A DNA stretch of 16,594 bases from Tubiluchus corallicola. Lineage: Eukaryota > Animalia > Priapulida. This document shows positions 1-10,178 of the stretch, one piece after another. Each line of letters starts with the position of its first letter. Position 1 is the stretch's first letter. Where the stretch lies: the NCBI GenBank assembly GCA_030141605.1, contig JAQGDQ010002050.1:1-16594 (forward strand). Direction: 5' to 3'. A program made the position numbers and the translations under genes. Under the pieces are notes generated by a model that saw only the letters and a list, made by a program, of their open reading frames with translations, did not search any database and was not told the origin of the DNA.

Positions 1-529
1 AATAAAAATACAGATAATTTCACTGAAGTAAATATAAATATAAATGCAATATTATCCAGAAATTACAAAATGGAGCATATACTTGTGCAAATTACATTAC
101 AGAATAATTTTGATGCATACAGTTTGAGCCTAAAAGCATAGCTTGACAGGCCAAACTGTACGTGGAAATCTTAAAGAAGTGATTAATAATTGAAATAATA
201 ATAATATATACATAAAAGTGGGGGGGGGGTAGTGAATGAAAGATGAAATGGAGCGAGAACTAAGAAAAACTGTGATCATGATTATAAAGTGTTCAGTAAC
301 CTGTTGAGCATAGTCACGTTTTATTAAGATTACTATTCACATCTATCTTAGGTTAGCAGTGATAAAATGGTGTAAAATATATGTTCATAGCATGAAAATA
401 ATTCTAAATGATAAGAATGCAAAGCATTAATAGAGTAATCTTACAGTAAATAAACAGTTTGTAAAGTATTTACTTTCCACTTCATCACGGTGAACTATCT
501 TCGTGTAAAAGAAATGAAAGCAGAAAAAG

Positions 530-1027
530 AGACAAACACAAGATTTATTTACCTTCGTTCATCTAACAGGCAACACTAGCACTAATGGCCATTTAGCGGC
601 TTACACTCACAACAATACAGCTAGGGACGCAACACAAACAATGAATAACATGTAGGGTATATGACCTGGAGTTGGCAGCCGCTAGTACCGAACTCAAGAC
701 AAACACAAGATTTATTTTCCTTCGTTCATTTAACAGGCAACACTAGCACTAATGGCCATTTAGCGGCTCACATTCACAACAATACAGCTAGGGACGCAAC
801 ACAAACAATGAATAACATGTAGGGTATATGACCTGGAGTTGACAGCTGCTAGTATAGAACTCAAGACAAACGCAAGATTTATTTTCCATCGTTCATTAGC
901 AGGCAACACTAGCACTAATGGCCATTTAGCGACTTACAACAATACAGCTAGGGAGGCAACACAAATAATGAATAACATGTTGGGTATATGCCCTGGAGTT
1001 GGCAGCCGCTAGAATCGAACTCAAGAC
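530..1027. repeat. Tandem repeat, ~167-bp unit, 3 copies
   Basis: agacaaac(a/g)caagatttattt recurs at 530, 697 and 864. The third copy is about 160 bp. Copies differ by scattered substitutions. Confidence 0.95.
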
Positions 1028-1131
1028 TGCGCGGTTGCAGTGTGAAATCTAAACCACTGGACCACCCAACCCTGGACAACAGCACAAAAAGCACAATGAC
1101 AAAAAACCATAAATATACCTTTTGAATTTAC

Positions 1132-1226
1132 AGATGTTCGCAGTAGATGTACTTGGTTTGTCAGAATCACCAATATAACAGTAAATATCCTCATTTGCAT
1201 CAGGTCTGTCTGCATCTTCTGTTCTG
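1132..1226 (-). CDS. ERCC6L2: Probable ERCC6L2-like exon J (poorly conserved region)
   Basis: Branch-like gctaat followed by a tag|cag acceptor; phase fits exon I. Encodes (N)RTEDADRPDANEDIYCYIGDSDKPSTSTANI. Donor is ambiguous: T|gtaaat (exon end 1132) or AG|gtatat (exon end 1119). No homology support. Confidence 0.55.
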
Positions 1227-1420
1227 CTATAATTAGCAAACATGGTAATCGTTAGCTATACGATAAAACTTGCAAAGAACCACGCAGGACTTCAGGTAGA
1301 TGAAGATGACTGCTACAGTGTAGTAGAAATGTAGTATATAGTACAAAATCTCTTTTATTGTAAGATATTTGTATTTACAGATGTTTTTCATTGATATAAA
1401 AAATTTGGATTAACTTTCCA

Positions 1421-1502
1421 TACAGTGTTCCCTCACTTATCGTAGGTGTTCCATTCCAGGCCCACCCATGATAAGTGAATTTCTGCGAAGTAGGGACACT
1501 AT
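1421..1502 (+). mobile_element. Tc1/mariner-pogo (Tigger-like) terminal remnant
   Basis: TA followed by CAGTGTTCCCTCACTTATCG, with internal inverted repeats (tcacttatc/gataagtga; agtgttccct/agggacact) as in Tigger-type ends. No partner end was found, so the internal extent is uncertain. Confidence 0.5.
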
Positions 1503-1801
1503 ACTTATTTTAGTAGTTATACATTATTTTAAGTCTTTATAAACCCTCCCCACACTCTTATACATAACCCTTTCCCATTCGCTTAATAACTTTTTCTATA
1601 CTGTACATGTACATCTTAAAAAACTTTCCATGAATCAACCAATCGTGTGTTGTGTACAATCTCACGTCGGCAAGTAGCATCTCAAGCGGGCGCAAGTACT
1701 ACATTTCGTTTTTGGTGTGTATTCATCCGCCGAATAAATACACTATTTACTATAAATGGTAATTTTTATGATTTATAATATTCTTTTAATGTTAGAATTA
1801 A

Positions 1802-2183
1802 TACAGCATTGCACACAAAAGTATTTAATAACATATTTATTATTATGTACACAAGATGCCAAACCGCAAATGACCCGTGGGGTACTCAAGAAGTAATTAC
1901 TTGTTCAGAGCACCCCAAATGAATGTGGACTGAGTGTAATAGAAAAGAGCAGTAAAGGAGTAGAAAGAAAGGTTAATAGAGAATAGAAAGAAGGAGAAAG
2001 ATGTGATGGTATCTGTATGAGTAACGTGAACTATAGAAATGTAAAAATTGACATAGCCAGCATCGCGATGGATGCCAACAGGGACACCAGTGTAATTAAT
2101 CAAATTGATTTATTCTGTATAATTTGAAAAGATTTCACTTCTAAGATTTCTTTTGAAGTTATTTATAGATAAAGAATTTTTTT
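1802..2183 (-). mobile_element. L2/CR1-group LINE 3' fragment, family 1, copy 1
   Basis: Closely similar to 8631..9227. Minus strand encodes KNSLSINNFKRNLRSEIFSNYTE*, resembling an L2/Crack ORF2 C-terminus, followed by 3'UTR with AATAAA. The terminal tail is missing. Confidence 0.75.
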
Positions 2184-2281
2184 TATCAAAGTTTATATTA
2201 GTATTCATACAATCGATTGAACTTGGTTCATAAACTTGCCCTAAAATAATAAACAATATTTTACAAGTAAACGAAACATAC

Positions 2282-2475
2282 TTCCTGTTTCCATCAAAAT
2301 CTCTGAGCAACTCCAAGCTGCTTAGTTGAAATGGAAAATCATCTTCTTCCTGCTCTGATTCAGAATCTTCCGTTTCCTCGCTTCCTGTTTCATCATCATC
2401 GTCGTCTTCATCATCAACTGCTGTGAAACTGACGTACTTGCTCAACCGAAATCCTGACTCTATTCTAGCATTTCT
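2282..2475 (-). CDS. ERCC6L2: ERCC6L2-like exon I (acidic low-complexity segment)
   Basis: Acceptor cctaattttctag| and probable donor GAA|gtatgt. Encodes RNARIESGFRLSKYVSFTAVDDEDDDDDETGSEETEDSESEQEEDDFPFQLSSLELLRDFDGNR. Phase 0 start fits exon H. The donor position is inferred. Confidence 0.8.
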
Positions 2476-2614
2476 CTAGAAAATTAGGTAACATTTATAA
2501 CATTTAAAAAGTATTAACACCCTGAAACAGGCACTTTAGCATCACATTATGGACCACCTCATCTTAGTTACGTAATGCAGGCTGATACTGAGATATATCA
2601 TAATTTCATACAAC

Positions 2615-3062
2615 TTTAAGATTTAATAGATTTATTTTCGCAATAAACATATACATATACATTACATGTGCATCGATAATCAGGTTTTGTTAATACAAAA
2701 TTATGATACAATTTATGAATTCTGCGCTAGAGACCTAAGAAGCTAGCTTATGGTAGGCCGCTAGAATTAGTTACGAGAAAAATTACAATATATACCGATA
2801 CAATATTACAATATATACAAATATAAATATGGGTGGGAAGTAATAAAAATATTATTATACTAGAGGGGAAGTTTTTGAAAATGAACAACAACAAATCATG
2901 ATTGAGTCATCAGTTATACGTTTCAAGTAAGTTTAATTTATAATTTTTTTTAAATATGGACAGCGAGTTGGCGTTTTTAATAGCTGGACCAATTGAATTC
3001 CATATGTAAGGGCCATTGTATTTAATAGAATATTTTCTTTTAGTGCAATGATCAGGGATTCT
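2615..3062 (-). mobile_element. L2/CR1-group LINE 3' fragment, family 2
   Basis: Manual translation 3059->2910: IPDHCTKRKYSIKYNGPYIWNSIGPAIKNANSLSIFKKNYKLNLLETYN*, a typical S..Y.GP.IWN.....IK...S...FK ORF2 end. Followed by a 3'UTR with a possible stem-loop (~2728-2764) and AATAAA (~2629-2634). Confidence 0.8.
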
Positions 3063-3282
3063 GCCGATACCTGCATTTTCAGTTAAGTTTTGGTTTCAGT
3101 GAAATTTTGTAGCGAAAATTTCGCATAATTTTCCGTAGCATTTTTCCGAGGTTTCACTAGTATTTATCCAATTTACCTTTTCTTTTCTCCTGACATGCAG
3201 TAAAATCGTCGCCAAATTAGTTCAAATAAAGCGAAAATTTCTATACATAACAGTTTGTAGTGTGGTTCTACTAGCAATGCTT

Positions 3283-4034
3283 CATCATCATCATCATCAT
3301 CATCTAATGAATCATACGTCCAGTGACATGATTCTGCTCACCTCCCTATGCCAGGACTCCCTGCTCGCTGCAATGCCCCAAGAGGATTTATTTCTAAGGA
3401 TCAATGCTGAAGTGTTTAAATCTTTCTGTGCAAAATCTAAATATGTTAACATTTGTCCGCCTGCAGGTTTTTTAGCAGGTTCTATGGCTTGTTGAAGAGC
3501 TATCTTCACTGGAATATCATCAGGTAGTCTAAGCGTATGCCCAATCCATCTTAAACTGCGTCTTTTTATTTTTCTTGTCCAAGGTTCTTCTTTTATTGTT
3601 TCATATAGATCTTTGTTTGAAATTTTCTTTGGCCATCTAATACCCAAAATGTTTCTGTAATTTCGCCTTTAAAATGCATCGATTTCAGCTTTATGATTTG
3701 CTTTTAATGTCCAGAGCTCAGAGTTAAACAGAAATACCGTTTCAACTAAGGCTGAGAATATTCTAATTTTTGTTTCCAAAGAAATCTTCCGATTTTCAAA
3801 AACTTTTGTGAGTTTTGAGTAAGCTGATAATGTCATTATCTTTCGTCTTGATATGTCGTCTTCTGTTGCCAGCAGGCTACCGAGATACTTGCATCTTTGC
3901 CATGATTCGTCACCATGGCGTGTTATATGAAACTCTTCAGTTTTATTTTTGTTTACAACGAGATCCATTCTGTTCAGTTTCTCCTCTATTGAGTTTTTAA
4001 TTTCATCTACTTCTTCTTTGTTTCTTGTAATCAA
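3283..4034 (-). mobile_element. 5'-truncated RTE-clade LINE (end of RT domain plus C-terminus), pseudogenised
   Basis: ORFs 3669..4034 and 3312..3647 share one frame, split by a single TAA. Motifs KYLGS, TKIRIF..LV..V.L..SE.WTL and LRWIGH..R are RTE-typical. A (GAT)n tail lies at 3283-3304 just after the stop. Confidence 0.9.
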
Positions 4035-4146
4035 AAAATCTTACAAACATCTTTTTCGTTTGCGTGTGTGGCAATATGGTGCATCTTCGAGGAAGGTCCT
4101 TTAAGATGATAGACTAAAATTTTGCAAACATTAACTAATTTCTCAT

Positions 4147-4286
4147 TATCCGAACTGATCCGCATATTCGATCCGAATTTAGCTAACCAAGCCGGTTATA
4201 ATCCATATCCGGAAATCAATTTGAGGAAATATTCGATGATATCCGGTATTCGCTATCCGGCAAAAAGTCTATCCGAAACAACACTA
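4147..4286. mobile_element. Possible non-autonomous DNA transposon end with ATCCG subterminal repeats
   Basis: Multiple atccg motifs ending in caacacta (TAGTGTTG on minus), resembling hAT-like MITE ends. No TSD found. Confidence 0.35.
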
Positions 4287-4386
4287 ATAATTAATTACTT
4301 TTTATAATCACATGATGCAAAGCCTAATCTGCATAATGAGATTAAGCTGCACAAATAAAAATCTGTAACAACGGGAAATCATTTAC

Positions 4387-4539
4387 CTGTAAAATTTCAT
4401 CAGTCAGGCATGAACTACCTGTCCGCAACTTGAAAAGATTCTCCAGACCAAAGATTTCTCCCTTTTTCCCGGGATCTCCGCAAACTCCGTGAAAGTATCG
4501 CTTTGCGTTTTCCGACCCTACGGCTACTCGATCAAGCTG
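4387..4539 (-). CDS. ERCC6L2: ERCC6L2-like exon H (post-helicase segment)
   Basis: Acceptor ttcaaattatag| and donor CAG|gtaaat. Encodes [60 protein letters not shown]...GE.FG..NLFK matches ERCC6L2 rather than ERCC6/CSB as I remember them. 153 nt. Confidence 0.93.
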
Positions 4540-4886
4540 CTATAATTTGAATTTAAAAAAGTTTACATTTAAAGCAAATAGTTCAAGTTATTCCACTTGA
4601 TTTTTGCATTCTTTCTGCTCTTTCCTAAACATACCCCCTTACAAGCAAAATGATTTTAGCACGATTAGCATTACATGTAATATAATAGGGTAAGTAGTGC
4701 TATTTACGTTGGTATATTCATTACGTTGTTAGTAGCGAATACAGCATTTCATTAATGTTATTAACTGTGAAACCTTTCATTATGTATTCATTATGCAAAG
4801 TCCAGAACAGAATGTACGCTATTATGTCAACAAGTCCATAAGAATCAGGAATGAGAATGACAAATTGCAAAAAACTCTGAAACAGG

Positions 4887-5371
4887 CAGGGGTTTTTGGG
4901 GCCACCTAGGCCCCCAATGGGGCTCAAGGGGGCGAAGCCCCATTGGAACCAGAAACAAATTGCAATTTTGTGACCGTAGAGAACCTCTAAGTGGACTTAA
5001 AATATCAATTACCTTGTTTCATGTATAATTTAAAACACCCAACTATCAAGGATACATGATACCTAATTTTCTCAAAAACGCCTAAGTATTGGCCGTTCCT
5101 ATGCAAAAGTATATAAAAACTGTCTGCATTTGACTCAAATAACTCCGCACAATTGATTCTATATTTTTATACATAGAGATATACACGTGGTTACACTGAT
5201 GTACGTGATGTAAACAAAGTGACAGCCTGCCAACTAGCGGTCAGTTTGTGAAATAATGTACTGGGTCCCCGTAAAAATTTTCTCAACGAATTTATGCAAT
5301 TTGCAAAAATGGCACTACCTGTCTTCCAAAAACTCGGAATTCCGCGTATCCGCAGAAAATTCTCATCCCTG
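4887..5371. mobile_element. Possible hAT-like non-autonomous element fragment(s)
   Basis: Begins CAGGG and ends CCCTG. Contains a GC-rich gggggcgaagcccc hairpin and a ttccgcgtatccgcagaa subterminal motif. The TIR match is only 5 bp and there is no 8-bp TSD. Confidence 0.3.
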
Positions 5372-5447
5372 TACACTGTATTTTAAGATGCACCTTAACA
5401 GCAACGTCATACCAAACACTGCAGTTTAGAACTGCAGGTGTACTTAC

Positions 5448-5643
5448 CTGCTTATAAACCTGTCTCAGGTAGATAATTTCCTCTACGGTACCAGTCGAAA
5501 TAAGTCTATAAACTCTCACGTTGCGTCTCTGTCCTATACGATAAGCCCTGTCCTGAGCCTGCAGGTCATGTGAAGGATTCCAGTTTGGATCAAAAATCAC
5601 AACAACATTGGCACCAGTGAGATTAATGCCAAGACCACCAGCC
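5448..5643 (-). CDS. ERCC6L2: ERCC6L2-like exon G (helicase motifs V and VI)
   Basis: Acceptor gattctcgcag| and donor CAG|gtaagt. Encodes [65 protein letters not shown], with canonical SNF2 motifs V (AGGLGINL) and VI ([11 protein letters not shown]). 196 nt. Confidence 0.97.
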
Positions 5644-5660
5644 CTGCGAGAATCAACCAA

Positions 5661-5841
5661 ATTATCATTAAAACAGAACTTTTGCTTGCAAACTTTAGAA
5701 AAAGCATCAGAATTAGAAACTGCTGAAAAGTATTTGTTAAATTGTTATTATTAATAACAAAGAACAAAGATTTTGCTTGCAAATTTTACAAAAAAACGTT
5801 AGAATTAGAAACAGATGAAAAATATTATCATTAATAACAGA
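5661..5841. repeat. Degenerate tandem duplication, ~91-bp period
   Basis: ttttgcttgcaaa at 5680 and 5771, agaattagaaac twice, attatcattaa at both ends. It fills most of intron 5644..5871. Confidence 0.75.
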
Positions 5842-5871
5842 GATTTAAACGATAAAATATAATTCATTTAC

Positions 5872-6017
5872 TTAGTAGACAGGAGAAATATGAAGATGTC
5901 TGAATTGAGGTTGAATTGCCGAACGTAAGTTTGCCGCAAGCTGATTTTCGTCGTACCGTCAATTCGCCTGTATGCTTCACCAATACTGATCACATACTGT
6001 TCCAAAATGTCCAGCAA
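5872..6017 (-). CDS. ERCC6L2: ERCC6L2-like exon F (HELICc, RIDG motif)
   Basis: Acceptor aattttgttccag| and donor AA|gtaaat. Encodes LLDILEQYVISIGEAYRRIDGTTKISLRQTYVRQFNLNSDIFIFLLST(K). 146 nt. Confidence 0.95.
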
Positions 6018-6921
6018 CTGGAACAAAATTTGTTTAAAGGAAGACCGGATGATTGTATAAACACAAGTTCAGAACAAAGAATGCTCTGAAATATTGAAAA
6101 CTACGATAGCTTATTTTAAAGCTTAGATTAAGTAATAATTACCTGGGATACTCAAATTTCGTTAAACTTTCAAAGCTACGCGCGGCTCAGTGAATCTACT
6201 AAGACTGGCAACGGCGCCCTTTTGTCACATTCGCGTGGCCGACAAATAGAAGGCGGTACCGTGATAAACATGATCATGAACTGCAGTGTTAGTTTCTGAC
6301 GTCATATGATGTAAAGCCCATTTTTCGTGACATCACGCGTTTAAGCAGTACTGTGACACTTATTCAAATGTGTTTGACGCGCAAGGGAAGATGCCTGTCA
6401 TTGCACAAGGTGTAGTTAGTTTCTGACGTAAGCAAAAACTAACGGACTGTGTCCGTAGTATGCGGGACTTTTTAACAGTGCAGATTTTGTCTGATTCTTC
6501 CGATATCCGTAAAAGCGAGATCTGGCAAACCGAGGCATGAGTGTCCGAAACGAACCAAAGCTTCCATAGGAAGTATCGTAAACAAATTGAGATGCGTTGC
6601 AGAGGCAAAAATCAATGCATCAATGCTGCTTAAATCATATAAATTAAATGCTTTGGGAGTTCTTTGCGAGGAGTCGTTAAGCGATGATTTACTGTATAAG
6701 GTTTTCCCGTATAGAGGTTCACATACAGCAAGCTGGAGTCCAGCACATAATGACAAGTCAAGTTAATGTGGATTGTTACGGCAAAACTGAAGTCTCCGTC
6801 TCCGACTCATTATCGAGCCTAATCATTCAGTAGGGTGCTGAACCCAGCAGAGACATCACAAGTCCGCTCGGATGCAATTACAACCTCCCTCATCGATATA
6901 AACAGCCAAAACCACCCAGAG

Positions 6922-7168
6922 TGAGCACTGAAAGTGGCAAGACCAGTCACTAACCATCCTCACTGTTGCTTAATTTGGATCACTACCCACACACCGTGAA
7001 ACTCAGCTGTTTTCATTGTACCCATTTTTGTTAAGTACCATTTATGAGCACTGAAAGTGGCACGACCAGTCACTAACCATCATCACTGTTGCTTAATTTG
7101 GATCTTTAAACACACACCATGACTACACAGCTGTTCTCATTGTACCCATTTTTGTTAAGTACCATTTA
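6922..7168. repeat. Tandem duplication, ~123-bp unit, 2 copies
   Basis: tgagcactgaaagtggca...gttaagtaccattta starts at 6922 and 7045. Confidence 0.93.
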
Positions 7169-7171
7169 TCA

Positions 7172-7609
7172 ATGCCAGACAACAGCATACCAAAGAAGAT
7201 ACTCTATGGAGAACCTGTGTCTGGAAAGAGAAAGGTTGGACGACCAAAGAAACGTTTCAAAGACAGCCTGAAGGCCTCACTCAAGGAGCTCAGCATGGAT
7301 ATCCGTTCAATGGAAACCCTTGCACAAGATCGCTCAGCATGGCGGAGTGCCATCACCACAGGGACTAAGACAGCAGAGGCAAAAAGAATTGAGGAGGCAG
7401 AGGAGAAGCGCAGGAGACGCAAGGCGTGTGACACTGCCAAACAACAGGTCCAAACACCCAGCCTCACCTGTGCCAAATGCCAAAGAAGTTTCCAGGCCGG
7501 AATTGACCTAGTCAGTCATCTTCGAGCTCATCAAAGGAATGACAACCTCCCAAACTGACCCTTTATTCCCATCACTATGGTCATCTTCGATTCGAAGGAC
7601 GAACATCAT
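7172..7609 (+). mobile_element. 5'-truncated RTE-clade LINE 3' end with C2H2 zinc finger and 9-bp TSD
   Basis: ORF 7172..7558 contains MPD..IPK.ILYGE...GKR..GRP.KRFKD.LK..L, A.DRS.WR and CAKC-x12-HLRAH. Short 3'UTR with a (CAT)n tail. Flanked by the direct repeat catttatca at 7163-7171 and 7610-7618. Confidence 0.92.
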
Positions 7610-7769
7610 CATTTATCATTAACAAATTGGCATAAAGATGCACTGCATGTCACTATGGTTACATACATAATAATTGTTAAACAGATGAAGCAAGTGCACT
7701 ATAATTATACAAGGCTCAACAAACACAATACGCCATCAGAGAAAAATGAAGAACTAGAAGATATATCAC

Positions 7770-7961
7770 CTGTGTTGAATATGAGAACAATAGAACCTTT
7801 GCCGTCTCTTTCTTAAACAACTGCAGTAACCCTTGTAGAACTTCCATCTTACCACAGTAACGTGGATTTGACAGCGTACAAAACGCCTCTTCTTTTACTT
7901 GCCGAAAATAGCCCGGGCACTGTGACTTGACCGCTTCGTAAATTTCTTCAGCAAGGCAGGC
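7770..7961 (-). CDS. ERCC6L2: ERCC6L2-like exon E (start of HELICc lobe, motif IV)
   Basis: Acceptor gttcattttcactag| and donor CAG|gtgata. Encodes ACLAEEIYEAVKSQCPGYFRQVKEEAFCTLSNPRYCGKMEVLQGLLQLFKKETAKVLLFSYSTQ (GKM.VL..LL and KVLLFS motifs). 192 nt; absent from the ORF track. Confidence 0.93.
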
Positions 7962-8570
7962 CTAGTGAAAATGAACTTAACATTTGAACGAATAAACAAA
8001 AACTACAATGCCATGAAATTGCAGTGCTTAAACAGCGACGTGGAAGTTGGAATTGTACATTGTAGTTAGGTGCTGCCATCTATGTGCTAATCCTGTTACA
8101 TTCTACCAGCTGACTTACCTTCAGTATAATTGTATGGTCCAGTGACTACATACACACTGGTCCTCTCCCTATCTAAAATTTATGGTTGTTGTGAAGCCTG
8201 TGCAAGTCTGCATAGGTCAAGTTCTACACCTGTATACTGGCTGTGAAACAGGTTTTACTGACTGTTTTTGTTTTCTAGTTTTTGCTCAATGTTCAGTGCA
8301 GCAGTTTTGCTACTCAAGTTTTCTATAGTTTAATAAACACTTTTCTGTTGTGTGCAGTGCAAATATTTATTATAAATTTTTGGTTCCTATCCATACTTCT
8401 CTGTGCCTAAACTCAATCATAACAAAGTTATTGAACAACAACTTCAAAATGACTCACAAGCATACTTACTAGCACTTTTTAACAAAGATAAGTATTTTTT
8501 GGCCTTTTCCGATATCTCAGAACTACGTAGTTTAGAAAAAAATTAATTTATTTGAACACAAGAAAAACAG

Positions 8571-9227
8571 TTCAATTTCAATTTTCAATTCAATTTTAAT
8601 TTATTTATTAAATATATCCACAATGATCATTACAGCATTGTACATAAAAGTATTTAATAACATATTTATTATTATGTACACAGGATGCCAAGCCGCAAAT
8701 GACCCGTGGGGTACTCAAGAAGTAATTACTTGTTTAGAGCACCCAAATGAATGTGGATTGAGTGTAATAGAAAAGAGCAGTAAACGGGTAGAAAGAAAGG
8801 TTAACAGAGAATAGAAAGAAGGAGAAAGATGTGATGGTATCTGTATGAAGTAATGTATGAAGTAATGAATGTGGACTGAGTGTAATAGAAAAGAGCAGTA
8901 AAGGAGTAGAAAGAAAGGTTAATAGAGAATAGAAAGAGGAGAAAGATGTGATGGTATCTGTATGAAGTAATGAATGTGGACTGAGTGTAGTAGAAAAGAG
9001 CAGTAAAGGAGTCGAAAGAAAGGTTAATAGAGAATAGAAAGAAGGAGAAAGATGTGATGGTATCTGTGTAAAGTAAGGTGAACTATAGAAATGTAAAAAT
9101 TGACATAGCCAACAACGCGATGGATTCCGACAGGGACAGCAGCGTAATTAATCAAATTAGAAAATAATTAGAAAAAATTTCACTTTTAAGATTTCTTTTG
9201 AAGTTATTTATAGATAAAGAATTTTTT
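8571..9227 (-). mobile_element. L2/CR1-group LINE 3' fragment, family 1, copy 2, with internal triplication
   Basis: Homologous to 1802..2183. Retains the AATAAA and (AATTG)n-like tail at 8571-8609. A ~106-bp segment is present three times (starts 8746, 8864, 8969). Confidence 0.8.
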
Positions 9228-9440
9228 ATGTATTCGTTGATGTTATTCCAAAGTCTAAGGGGCAGGGTTAGTGTTCATAATTGCAATGACTCATTTGCTT
9301 ATCAATAAACACTGGGCAGTATTTCAGGGCTACAAAATAATAAGACAGCAGTTCTAGTTTTATAGTTTTATAAAATGTATCGTTGTTTACTAAACACTCC
9401 CTAATTACAGTGTGTCATTGCATGTTTTTTCTCGTGATTA

Positions 9441-9769
9441 CAGTCGACCCTTGTTAAACCGGACCCCGTTAGCCCGGATATCGGATAAGACGCACGTCAT
9501 CCGTGGTAAAGGAAACTGACCGATTTCCGTCCGAGCCGGAGCGCTAAACACAACACGGCCTACCAACTGTACAATAATTTCTTTATCCTCACAGGTTAAC
9601 TATTTTAAAGTAATATACAGTATAGTATATAGTGCAATGTATATAGGCCTTATTAAGGTGATTATTCCTGTATAATATAGACCATATATAGGCATATCGG
9701 ATAAATCGGACAATCGACTAAACCGGACCACCCACCCCCCAATTAGTCAGGTTTAACGAGGGTTGACTG
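9441..9769. mobile_element. Complete Tc1/mariner-pogo-type MITE (329 bp)
   Basis: 24-bp imperfect TIRs: CAGTCGACCCTTGTTAAACCGGAC versus the right-end reverse complement CAGTCAACCCTCGTTAAACCTGAC. TA on both flanks (9439-9440, 9770-9771). Repeated atcggataa/aaccggac subterminal motifs; no coding capacity. Confidence 0.92.
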
Positions 9770-9917
9770 TACTAATCATTTTGGAACTCAAATGAAAACA
9801 CAAAAAATACTTAACTTCAGTTCCACTTCCCTCTTCACCAATTCTGCAGTAATCTGTGGAAACTAGTCTGCACTATTTTAGCTTTTCTTAGAAAATCATA
9901 ATTACAGAGAAAATCGT

Positions 9918-10136
9918 GAAAAAAAAACACGACGCATATGCGAGTGTATGGCAGTTTTGAAGCCACATTCTGGAACCTCCATATAGGAATTTTGTATAGA
10001 TCAGGAAACATCCCAAGAATGGCGAAAAAAAAACACGACGCATATGCGTGTGTATGGCAGTTTTGAAGCCACATTCTGGAACCTCCATATAGGAATTTTG
10101 TACAGATCAGGAAACATCCCAAGAATGGCGAAAAAA
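9918..10136. repeat. Tandem duplication, 106-bp unit, 2 near-identical copies
   Basis: cacgacgcatatgcg...catcccaagaatggcg at 9928 and 10034. Confidence 0.95.
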
Positions 10137-10178
10137 CCATTCTGTAGCATCAAAGTTGGCATATAAGCACGCAACAAA

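Noticed and set aside
3262-3495. His-tag-like ORF (HHHHHHH)
   Set aside because: It is the antisense reading of the RTE (GAT)n tail.
3258-4286. A single TIR element (tagtgtggtt ... aacaacacta) enclosing the RTE fragment
   Set aside because: Only a 9/10-bp inverted match with no target-site duplication; it could be chance.
5292-5660. Stand-alone 122-aa helicase gene
   Set aside because: Only 5448..5643 is helicase-like and bounded by splice sites; the rest is intron read-through.
6360-6756. Short minus-strand ORFs as transposase or THAP fragments
   Set aside because: No recognisable catalytic or zinc-binding motif pattern and no supporting splice structure.
7172-7558. Independent zinc-finger gene nested antisense in the intron
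   Set aside because: It is the C-terminus of an RTE ORF with tail and TSD. The ATG is an internal Met at the truncation point.
9835-10140. ORFs with internally repeated peptides
   Set aside because: They arise from the 106-bp tandem duplication and have no recognisable domain.
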